The notes under the pieces: model-generated | Databases searched by the model: none | Told to the model about the DNA's origin: nothing | Seen by the model: the letters and a program-made list of their open reading frames with translations, nothing else | Part shown: positions 49,034 to 58,081 of the stretch, piece after piece | Layout of the letters: every line of letters starts with the position of its first letter | How positions within the stretch are numbered: the first letter of the stretch is position 1 | From: Planctomycetota bacterium | GTDB taxonomy: Bacteria > Planctomycetota > PLA2 > JAEUHO01 | DNA: 64,000 nt | Assembly (NCBI GenBank): GCA_965222115.1 | Contig: CBDCTJ010000007.1 | Coordinates: forward strand, 96,001-160,000 | Direction: 5' to 3' | Program-made: the position numbers and the translations under genes

Positions 49034-50845
49034 CTATTTAGGAAGCGGTGAATTCTGTTCCATATAATTCTTCGGTCGAATAATCAATGGGCGGATCACA
49101 CGCGGAGCAACGTTACCACTCGCCGTTGCCACCTTGACACCCCCAAGACTGACATCGAACGAGTAACTCCCTACAGGCAACGGCCCCAGTATGAGCCCAG
49201 GTCTTACTGCCACCACTTTTTCCACACGCTCCGGATAAGTGTCTTCAGGCAAATAGTCACTCGCGGGAATCAAGCCACCGTCGCTTGCTTGCAACGTCAT
49301 TTGCCCCAGACTCTGATTTGCAACCGTGGTCGGAACCACTACGAGGTATCCTCCGGGGGCCAGATCGAAGTGGAGCGATTCGATCGGGGACTGCAACGAT
49401 GAACGATGCACGAGCCAGGGACCAACCATTGCGTATGCGTGTGTTCCCTTACGGGCCATAAAGGGAAGCGACTGCTCTTCGAGACGATTCCACTGAGGCC
49501 CCAAAGACACGGTTTCGCTCTCTAACACCTCTTCGTCGGTCCCAGCTTCAAGACGCGACACGAACATATGTAGTTCCGCGTCGGCGCCAACCGCACCACC
49601 CAGATTGTACGTGAAGGCAAGAGGCTCACGTTGAACATGCGTGGCTATCGACTCTTCATCATCCCTCTCCCAAGTGAAACGACATTCCACATTCGCCACA
49701 CCGAGTTCGTTAACATCGAATGACGTCGGACTCGTGATCTTCCATGGAGTCGCGACAGACATGACCCACGTACCTAAGGGTAAGTGGGTTCGGATTCGGG
49801 AGCGTTTATGATGCCCGATGGCGAATGACACGCGGCGGAAACCACCCTCGATTGATTCGAGCATCACGCACATACGACCTCTGCAATGTTGAAATGAGTC
49901 ATCATCGACGTGAAAATTTAGCTGTACACGACCCATTGAAACTAAGCGCAAAGCCCTCGTTTCACCGGCTCGAACTGTTTGAGGACTGGCCACGAGTTGC
50001 GGCGAGACAATCTCATCTGAAAGAAACACGTCGTCTGAAAGTTGTTTCGCCGTGGGAGTATCCATCTGAATGAAGACGTGAAACTCTGTAGAAGGGGCCA
50101 CACCGGGAAAGAACACTTTACCTTCTACAAATTGCTGACGATCAAACCCACTTGAACGCTCTTGAGGTCCGGGATAGTCGACTAAGGGCAGATCAGATAC
50201 CTGCTGAATCGACGCACTCCCACTTCGGGTTTCGACATAGCGAAGCGCGTCCACGCCGATCGGCTCCAGCGTGATCGTTTGAAGCCGTGGAAGATTGAAG
50301 TGAACCACCCCTACACCGCCTTCGACCAAACGAACTGACTTGCCGCTGCTGCCTCCTACTCCGTACAAGATGCCCACATACCATTGTCCGGCTGTTGGAA
50401 GACTCAGCTCAACGGAACGCTCTCCTGCCCGGACATTCATGGATCTTTGGACAGCGGGCTCGCGGGGCATTGCATCGAGCTCTAGAAGGCTGCTTGTTCC
50501 ATCTCCGGGCCTAGCGTAGGCCGTTACGCCTCGGAGCGTTTCCGCGTCATCCTGCGTGTCGACGACAACGAGAACCCGCGCGCGCTCCCATGCGTCCTGA
50601 ACTTCGGCGTTAGGTTCCGCGACGCCGACTTTTGTGACCATGCGATGGATTTCAGGCATTGAGCGTGAAGGCGCCATAGTGCTTGAATTCCCAACCGCTG
50701 CTCCTTGAAGTGTGGGCACATGGCCAGGCTCCGAATAGCTCGGAATCTCATCCACACAAACATCGCAGGGATATGGTGCGAGCAGCAAGCCCAACCAGCC
50801 TCCTATTACGAGGCCGAACAAAAGCATGGGGAGGCGCGTCATCAT
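49034..50845 (-). CDS. Membrane-anchored/exported beta-rich hypothetical protein
   Basis: N-terminal TM; repeated beta-sandwich-like segments (LP.G.W, GPLPVG.Y) like the extension of 43573-46122. Confidence 0.72.
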   Translation of the reverse strand: MMTRLPMLLFGLVIGGWLGLLLAPYPCDVCVDEIPSYSEPGHVPTLQGAAVGNSSTMAPSRSMPEIHRMVTKVGVAEPNAEVQDAWERARVLVVVDTQDDAETLRGVTAYARPGDGTSSLLELDAMPREPAVQRSMNVRAGERSVELSLPTAGQWYVGILYGVGGSSGKSVRLVEGGVGVVHFNLPRLQTITLEPIGVDALRYVETRSGSASIQQVSDLPLVDYPGPQERSSGFDRQQFVEGKVFFPGVAPSTEFHVFIQMDTPTAKQLSDDVFLSDEIVSPQLVASPQTVRAGETRALRLVSMGRVQLNFHVDDDSFQHCRGRMCVMLESIEGGFRRVSFAIGHHKRSRIRTHLPLGTWVMSVATPWKITSPTSFDVNELGVANVECRFTWERDDEESIATHVQREPLAFTYNLGGAVGADAELHMFVSRLEAGTDEEVLESETVSLGPQWNRLEEQSLPFMARKGTHAYAMVGPWLVHRSSLQSPIESLHFDLAPGGYLVVVPTTVANQSLGQMTLQASDGGLIPASDYLPEDTYPERVEKVVAVRPGLILGPLPVGSYSFDVSLGGVKVATASGNVAPRVIRPLIIRPKNYMEQNSPLPK

Positions 50846-51220
50846 GTCCCCACAATAACGCGATCCGCCTCGCACGATCTTAGCTCTGCCTTGGCACTGT
50901 CTCTACAGCGTTACACCATTCGCCAGCGTCCACTTGACGCCCAGCAGAGTGACTTCTGAGGGCTACACTCTGAAACTCTGACTAGAGCGCAGTCGGCGAC
51001 ATTAATCCACTTGTGTCGCTCTCTCATTGACAATCGCGTCGTCGATCGCCGCGACATGCCGGATCTCTCGTCTCAACGCTCATGCGCTAGCGCCCGAAGT
51101 TGTGCTTAATGGCGCGCTAGTACGGCAAGATGCAATGGCGTGGTACGTCAACAGCCGATTCACGACATGGACGTTTCACCAACGATTCGTAAGCATCGTC
51201 GGCGCATGAAGCCATGCGTC

Positions 51221-51238
51221 GATTCATGCACCAACGCC
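51221..51238 (+). mobile_element. Solo IS5/IS903-group terminal inverted repeat
   Basis: GATTCATGCACCAACGCC is identical to 34898-34915. Confidence 0.7.
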
Positions 51239-51295
51239 GCTTCGCGCTGAACCCGATCGAATCTGCGCCGTTAGAAGTAGCTGGAGGGTCATATC

Positions 51296-52954
51296 ATGAC
51301 GACGCGATGGAACAGAATCTCTGGCTGTGTCTGTCTACTGCTTTTCGTATGCGCGGGCGATCTGATGCGAGCCGCCGCCAAGGAAGAAGCGACTCCGGCC
51401 ACGATGGCAGAGGCGGTGGACGCATACATCCAGCCCCTCGTGGACACGGGCCTCTTTAGCGGCTCGATCCTTCTCGCGCGGGATGGGAAGGTGCTTGTCC
51501 ACAGGGCCTTTGGGCATGCCGACATCGATAAGCGCGTGCGCAACTCAACGACGACGCGGCACAAGATCATGTCCACGACGAAATCGATCACCGCGGTGGT
51601 GATTATGCGCCTTGTGCAGTCTGGCAAACTCGGCCTCAACGATCTCGTATCAAAGCACCTCGCCGGATGGCCGGCAGGTTGGAACGGGGTCCTGGTGAAG
51701 CACTTGCTCGACCACACGTCCGGCCTGCCGAACTTGGAGAATGCATGGGCGATGACTGCGCGACAGGGCAAGAACCGCGGACTCGCACTCTGGAAGCAGA
51801 TAGCACCTCTGTGGGCGGACCAAAAACTGGTGACTCGCGTCGGTACGCAACATCGCTACTCGAATCTGAACTACGAATTGCTCGGCGCGATCGCGGAAGT
51901 CATTTGCAAACTCGACTACGCCGATGTTGTACGCGCACAAATATTTGAGCCCGCCGGCATGAAGGAGTCTGGCTTTGATGATGGAAGTGATTCCCCAGGC
52001 CTCGCGCTCGGCTACTTCCGCGGAAAGACGGGCAAACCCGAACCACGTGGCCAGGACATGTCTGTCATATTGGCAGCTGGCGGCATCTACTCGACGACCG
52101 GCGACCTCTATCGATTCGATCGCGCGTTAACGGACGACACGCTGCTCACTGCTGCCTCGCGCAAGCGCATGATGACCGCCGCGCCCCACACCTACGGTTA
52201 CGCCTTGGGCTGGAAGATGTTTCCGGTTCAAGAGCACGCGTGCGCGCGGCATTCGGGTGGTGCCAATGGCTATGTCGCCGATTTGCTGCGGTTCCCCGAA
52301 GACAACGCCTGCATCGTCCTATTATCGAATTTCGCGTTCGCACCGAGCCTCCTCATCGCGGATGGACTCGCCGCGTGCCTGTTCGGTCGTGACGGAGACA
52401 AGCCGGCACGCGTCAAGCCAAAAGTGCTGGACCGGTATCGGGGAGCCTACCGAGGACCCGAGTCAACAGTCGTCATACGTCGATCCGACGCTTGCCTGGC
52501 GATGTATGAACTGAAGGAGGGGCAGGATCGCATCGTTCCGACCTTGCTCCTTGCCCTCGGCGAGGATCGGTTCCGTCGCCAGTCTTGGCCGTCACGGATG
52601 CGCTTTGAGATGAAAAAACATGTCCCAACTCGACTGTACATGGCCGGCAATCAGACACTTGAGTTCGCGCCAGTGGAGGCCGCCAAGGTGTGGAAGAAGG
52701 CGGTCGGGCGCTACCAAACCAAGGCTGGTATCGACTACCACATCGCATACGCCAAGAACGCCTTCTATATGCGCCAGCCTGATGGGCGGAGCGGCGACCT
52801 GGAGATCATTCCAGCAACAGAGGACAGCGCGCTCACGCTCTATGGCGAGGACTTCGCAACCCCGCTCACTCTGAAGCGCGACGTCAAAGGCGTTGTTCGT
52901 TCGTTCCATTGGAAGCGCAACGACGGTCGAACAATCGAGTGCATCCGCCAGTAA
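51296..52954 (+). CDS. Exported serine hydrolase, beta-lactamase class C/PBP-like family, with C-terminal extra domains
   Basis: Signal peptide; SxxK (STTK), LL.HTSG, YxN (YSN), HSGG; GGAGG RBS. Confidence 0.9.
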   Translation: MTTRWNRISGCVCLLLFVCAGDLMRAAAKEEATPATMAEAVDAYIQPLVDTGLFSGSILLARDGKVLVHRAFGHADIDKRVRNSTTTRHKIMSTTKSITAVVIMRLVQSGKLGLNDLVSKHLAGWPAGWNGVLVKHLLDHTSGLPNLENAWAMTARQGKNRGLALWKQIAPLWADQKLVTRVGTQHRYSNLNYELLGAIAEVICKLDYADVVRAQIFEPAGMKESGFDDGSDSPGLALGYFRGKTGKPEPRGQDMSVILAAGGIYSTTGDLYRFDRALTDDTLLTAASRKRMMTAAPHTYGYALGWKMFPVQEHACARHSGGANGYVADLLRFPEDNACIVLLSNFAFAPSLLIADGLAACLFGRDGDKPARVKPKVLDRYRGAYRGPESTVVIRRSDACLAMYELKEGQDRIVPTLLLALGEDRFRRQSWPSRMRFEMKKHVPTRLYMAGNQTLEFAPVEAAKVWKKAVGRYQTKAGIDYHIAYAKNAFYMRQPDGRSGDLEIIPATEDSALTLYGEDFATPLTLKRDVKGVVRSFHWKRNDGRTIECIRQ

Positions 52955-53237
52955 GTGCACGCGGCGGAATTGTGTAGGCTGCGCCACGCGATGAAGCGAG
53001 ATTGCAGATTGCGGGGAACTGTGAGCAAGACTCCAAGCCCTGTCTTCCCCCGCCAACTAAGTAACCAAGGTCTTGCCACACAACATGCGGACTGGCCTAC
53101 GAAGCATGTTCGTAAACGTCCAAGCCGCATTCAAGCGTGCGAGTGACCCACTACGACATTAGAGAGTTTGTGTGCGCGCACGGCGCTGTCCGAACAATGT
53201 CTTAGGCGCGTGAGACTGTTGTGGATTCGTCAATAGA

Positions 53238-54164
53238 TCACTTGAGATATTTCGCCGCGGCGTATCCGACATACGCATGTCCGCTACTCATGTATCTGCA
53301 CTTGCACCACTCCTTGCCCTTCTCCAGCACTTGGACCACATGCCCCTTCGGCATTTTCACCACAACGTTCGAAGCTGAGGATGCACTCTCTCGAAGATTC
53401 AAATCGCTCCCTGCCGTATTCACTTTCTTGTTTGGAGTTGGAGCGATCTTCCACAGAGAGACGGACGACGAATCCCGGAGATCCTTCGTTCGCCCATAGA
53501 GGGACTTCTCAAGGAAATCAGAAATGAATTTGCCGCGAAACAGCCCCTTCCCGATTTCGGAGAAGTGGTGCATGCTCACCGACTGAGGCGCTGCACCCTT
53601 TTCAATGAGAATGAACCCTGTGTGAGAGTTACCGATCTCCCCCTTTTTGGGTAGCCGTCGATCCTTGCCCTTGCCGATGTAGTAGGCACGATTCTTGGCC
53701 TTCGCGTTTCTTAGGTCGAAGTAGAACGTTCCGGTGGGAAGAGTTCCTTTCTTAGCGCGACCAATGAAATCGGTAAGTGAGAGACCAGCGATCTCCTCTT
53801 GAAGGCCGAAATAGTCGGCAGTGTCGCCACCAAACCACTGATGCGCCCAACGGTAGTCCTTTCCGCCTCGCGTCCCGTCGCCCTTTAGAACGCGAAAGTC
53901 GCCCGCCAGAAGAAGTTCGGCAAGTACCGGAGCTGCGAAGGAATTGCACGCGAGACCTTTCTTGTCTCCGGCGAGATTCCCAAACGTGTCAACATACCCA
54001 CCCCATGTGTACTTGAGCTTCTTTCCGTTCGCCTGCGACTTCCATTTCGCGACGAGCTTATCGATTGACTTTACCAGCTTCTGGCCCGTGGATGGATCCT
54101 CCGAGCAAGCCGACAGCGACATGAGTGACGCTGCAAGGACGATCGAAATCGACAGGTGCTTCAT
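53238..54164 (-). CDS. Lipoprotein with putative papain-like (NlpC/P60-type) Cys-His domain and C-terminal bacterial SH3 domain
   Basis: Lipobox LSAC; Y.WGG...GLACNSF and NSHTGF; SH3b V.....LNLRE..S..S.VV..MPKG..V.VL....EW....GY....YL. Confidence 0.75.
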   Translation of the reverse strand: MKHLSISIVLAASLMSLSACSEDPSTGQKLVKSIDKLVAKWKSQANGKKLKYTWGGYVDTFGNLAGDKKGLACNSFAAPVLAELLLAGDFRVLKGDGTRGGKDYRWAHQWFGGDTADYFGLQEEIAGLSLTDFIGRAKKGTLPTGTFYFDLRNAKAKNRAYYIGKGKDRRLPKKGEIGNSHTGFILIEKGAAPQSVSMHHFSEIGKGLFRGKFISDFLEKSLYGRTKDLRDSSSVSLWKIAPTPNKKVNTAGSDLNLRESASSASNVVVKMPKGHVVQVLEKGKEWCKCRYMSSGHAYVGYAAAKYLK

Positions 54165-54499
54165 CTCAACTCCCAAAGATGTTAGATCTCATGCTGAGCG
54201 TATCAGCCCCCATTGGGAGGTCATCGTCGATACGTAGCGGTCGTGGGCAGTGAAACGGCTATAGAGGCGATTTCGATCGGCATTCGTGCCTGCGGACTGA
54301 CTTGAGCACGGCACGGATTGAGCAATCGCCAAGGAACTCAGCAACTTGCGGTTCCGTGACTTGACGCTGCATCCGTTCTTACCAGCCAAGTCACCAATGC
54401 CTCTCTTCGTTGCCCTCTACAACACGCTGAACGACGAAACGCTTGCAGACTGTCGCGGCGAAGCGTCGTGCCCCACTCAATTGCTTGCCGCGCGTCGGA

Positions 54500-54519
54500 C
54501 CCGTCACTAGACTCCCGCC
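54500..54519 (+). repeat. Weak att-like scar of the tRNA-Asp 3' end
   Basis: CCCGTCACT-AG-ACTCCCGCC equals tRNA CCCGTCACTCCCGCC with a 5-nt insertion; followed by CGTAAG. Confidence 0.35.
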
Positions 54520-54603
54520 CTCGTAAGGTCGCACCCGCATCCGAGCATCCCCTTGAATAGACCCTCGCCGAGTGGCACCAACACATCCTCTCCCAATCCG
54601 GAC

Positions 54604-55035
54604 ATGACGGGGCCAGCGGAAAGACTTACCCCCATCGATCCCAAACGGCGGATGCGGGCGATTGCGGTGCCCATCATGCTCTTTGTGTCAAGCATGTTGA
54701 TGGCGGTCGCGTGGCTTGGGCATTTACGGTTTGAAGACGCGCCCTTTCTGCTGGCCCTCGCGATCTCCTGGCTGATTGTGTTTCCCGAGTACGTGCTCAA
54801 TGTGGCCGCGGTTCGATTGGGCAAGGGGATTTACAGCGGCGGCACCATGGCCTGCCTGAACCTCTCTTCCGGCGTGGTCTGCGTGATGCTGATGGCGCGC
54901 TTCGTTCTCGGCGAGGAAGTCAACAATCAGCAGTACTTAGGCTTCGCACTGATGCTGGTGGCCATGGTCCTTATCGGCTCCAGAGATCACAGTGCGCATC
55001 TACCCGAGATGGACGCCAAAGAGGAGCTGCCATGA
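54604..55035 (+). CDS. Small DMT-superfamily (DUF486-like) membrane protein, copy A
   Basis: M..AWLGHLRF, SW....PEY.LNV.A.R.G; 4 TMs. Start is 54604 or 54652. Confidence 0.8.
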   Translation: MTGPAERLTPIDPKRRMRAIAVPIMLFVSSMLMAVAWLGHLRFEDAPFLLALAISWLIVFPEYVLNVAAVRLGKGIYSGGTMACLNLSSGVVCVMLMARFVLGEEVNNQQYLGFALMLVAMVLIGSRDHSAHLPEMDAKEELP

Positions 55036-55367
55036 AGTCGATCATCGTGCCGCTCATGCTCTTCACCTCGAGTGCATTTATGGCCATGGCCTGGATCGGA
55101 CATATCCGCTTTCGGCATAAGGGCTTCTGGGTTGCGCTCTTTGCCAGTTGGTTTCTTGTGTTGCCCGAATACATCCTCAACGTGAGCGCCATTCGATACG
55201 GGCACGACATCTTCTCCGGTGGGCAGATGGCAGCCATCAACCTATCGACCGGCGTCATTTGTGTAGCCCTGGTAGCTCGCTTCTTCCTGGGAGAACATCT
55301 CAGCCGCAAGCAGGTCTTTGGCTTCGTGCTTATGGCCGTGGGCGTTGGGTTGGTGGTCTACAAATAG
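55032..55367 (+). CDS. Small DMT-superfamily (DUF486-like) membrane protein, copy B
   Basis: Paralog of copy A (AWIGHIRF, PEYILNV); ATGA overlap and GAGGAG RBS. Confidence 0.82.
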   Translation: MKSIIVPLMLFTSSAFMAMAWIGHIRFRHKGFWVALFASWFLVLPEYILNVSAIRYGHDIFSGGQMAAINLSTGVICVALVARFFLGEHLSRKQVFGFVLMAVGVGLVVYK

Positions 55368-55479
55368 ATTCCATCGATATGGGGCGCCACGGCTGGAGTC
55401 GACCCAACCCCATGCGTCATGTCAACTGGATTTTGACGTACCATGGTCACATCGCGGAACGCAACCACGGAGGATTCGA

Positions 55480-58044
55480 GTGGCAGTTCAGTCGCGAAAG
55501 GTCTACGTCCTCTTTGTATCTGTGATCCTGATTCTCGCCGTGCTGCCTCAAGCCTCAATTGCTAAGGACTCCGTACTTTGGCAGCAGCCCTTCGATCAGG
55601 CTGAATCGATTCCTTCGGACGCGAGAGTTTTGGGAAACCGCAGCACGTCTCAGTCCATCAAGATTGTGCCAAAGGGGGCGACGCCCAAGGCGCGCAGCCT
55701 CGCGGTTTCTTTCGTGGCGGAGCATGGACGAAGTTGGTTCGTGCCTATTCCCTTAGACCTGAGGGTGGACCCAAATCGGCCCATCATGCTGACCGGACGA
55801 GCTAGGTACACTTGTGGCACACCCGCAAATGTCTACTTCACTCTCCACTACGACGTGTATGGAGACGCTGATCTCACCAAACGATATCGAAGCGCGCATA
55901 TCAAGATCAGCAAGGGACTCGCCCAGCGTGATATATGGGAAACCCTTATCGAAGAACCCCTTAGGCCGACGCAACGCGCACGGGAAGAAGGACGGATCGA
56001 GCCCTTCCTGAAACTGACGCGCTTGGATTTGAAAGTTCTTGACGTGCCTATTGGTGAGCAGATCACAATCTGGATCGATGAGCTCGCCTTAGAATACGGA
56101 ACCGACCGCCACACCCTCGCCTACGAGCAAAACATCAAGCTCGACCAGAAACCCTCGCCGTATCCAAGCCAGGTAGAGAATTTCTACTACGGATACTTCG
56201 GTCACATCAACAGCGGAGGATTCCACCGCTACCACAAACATCACAATTTGATTCCGGCGGAACTTCGGAGCCTCGTCAACATTGAGTTCCTAATACGCGG
56301 TAACTTCAACCATTTGGTTGGCGGCGTCGTGGATGCCACGCCGGAATCCCTCAAACTCGTTACGCAAAATATCGCTCTTGGTCATGCGTACGGCATTTAC
56401 ACCACACCGATCGTCCCGATTGGCCCCTACTACCCCCACCCGGGTCGCGCTCGCAAGGCGATGACCAAAACGGCGGCGGAGAAGCTCCTCAAACGAATCG
56501 TCACGCGGTTGGCAGAAACACCCGGTACCAATGGGTACCTGATGATCGACGAGCCGTTTCCAACGATCCGCAACAGGGATATTTGGCTCTGGGGTAAGCA
56601 ACTCTATCGCTCGCTAGATCCAAAACGCCCAGCAACTGGACCCATGAACACTCCGGACCGCGTTCGCCTATTTGGGCCAACCGAGCACACGCTCTGGATT
56701 GATGAATACCCGCTCTCGGGTCGTGCATTCGATCACTACGGGGCTCGCGCTGGAATGATCTTCAAGCTTGAGCAAATGAACCGTTTGGCATTTGAACGCG
56801 GTGCGAAACAAGTTTGGAACACCAATCAGGTGAACGGGCAGGTCCGATCACGTAGAAAACGCGGCACGGTGTCACGCCTCCCGTCCGCCGCAGAACATCG
56901 ACTTGGAAATTACATCAGCCTTGCGAATGGCGGGCGGTCACTCAACTACTACATGTTGTGCCCGACGATCCTTCTGACCCTTGGCAAGGGAGAGCGAGTT
57001 CGCATGGGGACCGTCACGGGATACGGCTTCGGCTCCAGCGTCGGAGCGTTCACGCACCCGGTCGGTCGAGAGATTGAGCGACAGGCGGATGTAGTGCCCG
57101 TACTCGGCCCTGCGCTGCTTGGTACGACGTGGGAGCATAAACGCACGTTGGTCGTTTCGTGCAACACGCTCGAATTTTCAGCGCCATTTTCCAAAGCTGC
57201 TCTGGGCGCGAGTTTCAACCGCGGCGACACGTACGACGTTGTGGTGGTCTACAACCGTGACGCCGCGGGGCCACAATCCGGCACGGTGGACCTCAATTCT
57301 GTGTTGGCTGGAAGGAACGTCTACGACCTCCAAGAGGGCATGCCAGCACACGTGACGGAAGGAATTCTTGACACGGGAACGCTGCGCGCCGGTGACGGAA
57401 AGTTCTTCGTACTGTCTCCGCCCGATGTCTTCGCTCGATTGCGATCGGATATCCATCTCCGTAGATACGACCTTCGAAAGCGAGCCTTTGACTTCGATTA
57501 CAGAGAGCAACGCCACAATGGCCTAAATCTTGGACCCTTCAAGGATGCCTTCGAACGGTCGCGTAAAACGGTCATGAAAGATCCTGAAGGGGCGTGGAAC
57601 GCGTTGCGATCGGCCCATGAAAAGTTGCTCGCTCGCAAGACGGGCGATTCGGCTTTCGCGGCTTCCCACGAACTACTCGCGGCTACGCAACGTGCACATG
57701 TAGATATTGTGGAAGGCCAAGCGCACCAACTCTCCCACAAAAAGCGCAGCACGCCACTCGACGCCATCTGCAGGCAACCGGGCTACCTGGATTGGGAGCG
57801 TGAGACGCGACAGCTCTCAGATACATACATACTGCTTCGAAACGCTCTCTACTTTGGCAAGGCGAAAAAAGTCTTACGACTGGCTAAGAAACTTGCGCCC
57901 ATGGCGCAGGAGATGGCCACGGCTGTAAGAGAAGGACAATTTTCTCCGGTGAATGCAAAAGCAGTTGCAGACCTGCATGCACGCGCTCTCGCGCTGAACA
58001 AGTTCGACCTCGTGAAGGCGTTGATGGAAAACGCCAAAGATTAG
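55480..58044 (+). CDS. Large exported protein, putative glycoside hydrolase (CBM-like N-domain + clan-A-like TIM barrel + helical tail)
   Basis: GGAGGA RBS before GTG 55480; signal peptide; GY..IDEP and W.D.YP motifs resembling GH-A barrels. Confidence 0.6.
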   Translation: MAVQSRKVYVLFVSVILILAVLPQASIAKDSVLWQQPFDQAESIPSDARVLGNRSTSQSIKIVPKGATPKARSLAVSFVAEHGRSWFVPIPLDLRVDPNRPIMLTGRARYTCGTPANVYFTLHYDVYGDADLTKRYRSAHIKISKGLAQRDIWETLIEEPLRPTQRAREEGRIEPFLKLTRLDLKVLDVPIGEQITIWIDELALEYGTDRHTLAYEQNIKLDQKPSPYPSQVENFYYGYFGHINSGGFHRYHKHHNLIPAELRSLVNIEFLIRGNFNHLVGGVVDATPESLKLVTQNIALGHAYGIYTTPIVPIGPYYPHPGRARKAMTKTAAEKLLKRIVTRLAETPGTNGYLMIDEPFPTIRNRDIWLWGKQLYRSLDPKRPATGPMNTPDRVRLFGPTEHTLWIDEYPLSGRAFDHYGARAGMIFKLEQMNRLAFERGAKQVWNTNQVNGQVRSRRKRGTVSRLPSAAEHRLGNYISLANGGRSLNYYMLCPTILLTLGKGERVRMGTVTGYGFGSSVGAFTHPVGREIERQADVVPVLGPALLGTTWEHKRTLVVSCNTLEFSAPFSKAALGASFNRGDTYDVVVVYNRDAAGPQSGTVDLNSVLAGRNVYDLQEGMPAHVTEGILDTGTLRAGDGKFFVLSPPDVFARLRSDIHLRRYDLRKRAFDFDYREQRHNGLNLGPFKDAFERSRKTVMKDPEGAWNALRSAHEKLLARKTGDSAFAASHELLAATQRAHVDIVEGQAHQLSHKKRSTPLDAICRQPGYLDWERETRQLSDTYILLRNALYFGKAKKVLRLAKKLAPMAQEMATAVREGQFSPVNAKAVADLHARALALNKFDLVKALMENAKD

Positions 58045-58081
58045 ATTGTGATACGACAGTTTCTAGGCTACCGATCCGCCT

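Noticed and set aside
51296-52954. Calling the serine hydrolase a true beta-lactamase resistance gene
   Set aside because: The SxxK/YxN/HxG motifs are shared with esterases and peptidases; substrate cannot be inferred.
41700-54500. Integron cassette array as an explanation for the patchwork of genes
   Set aside because: Genes are in mixed orientation, and neither repeated attC-like palindromes nor intI were found.
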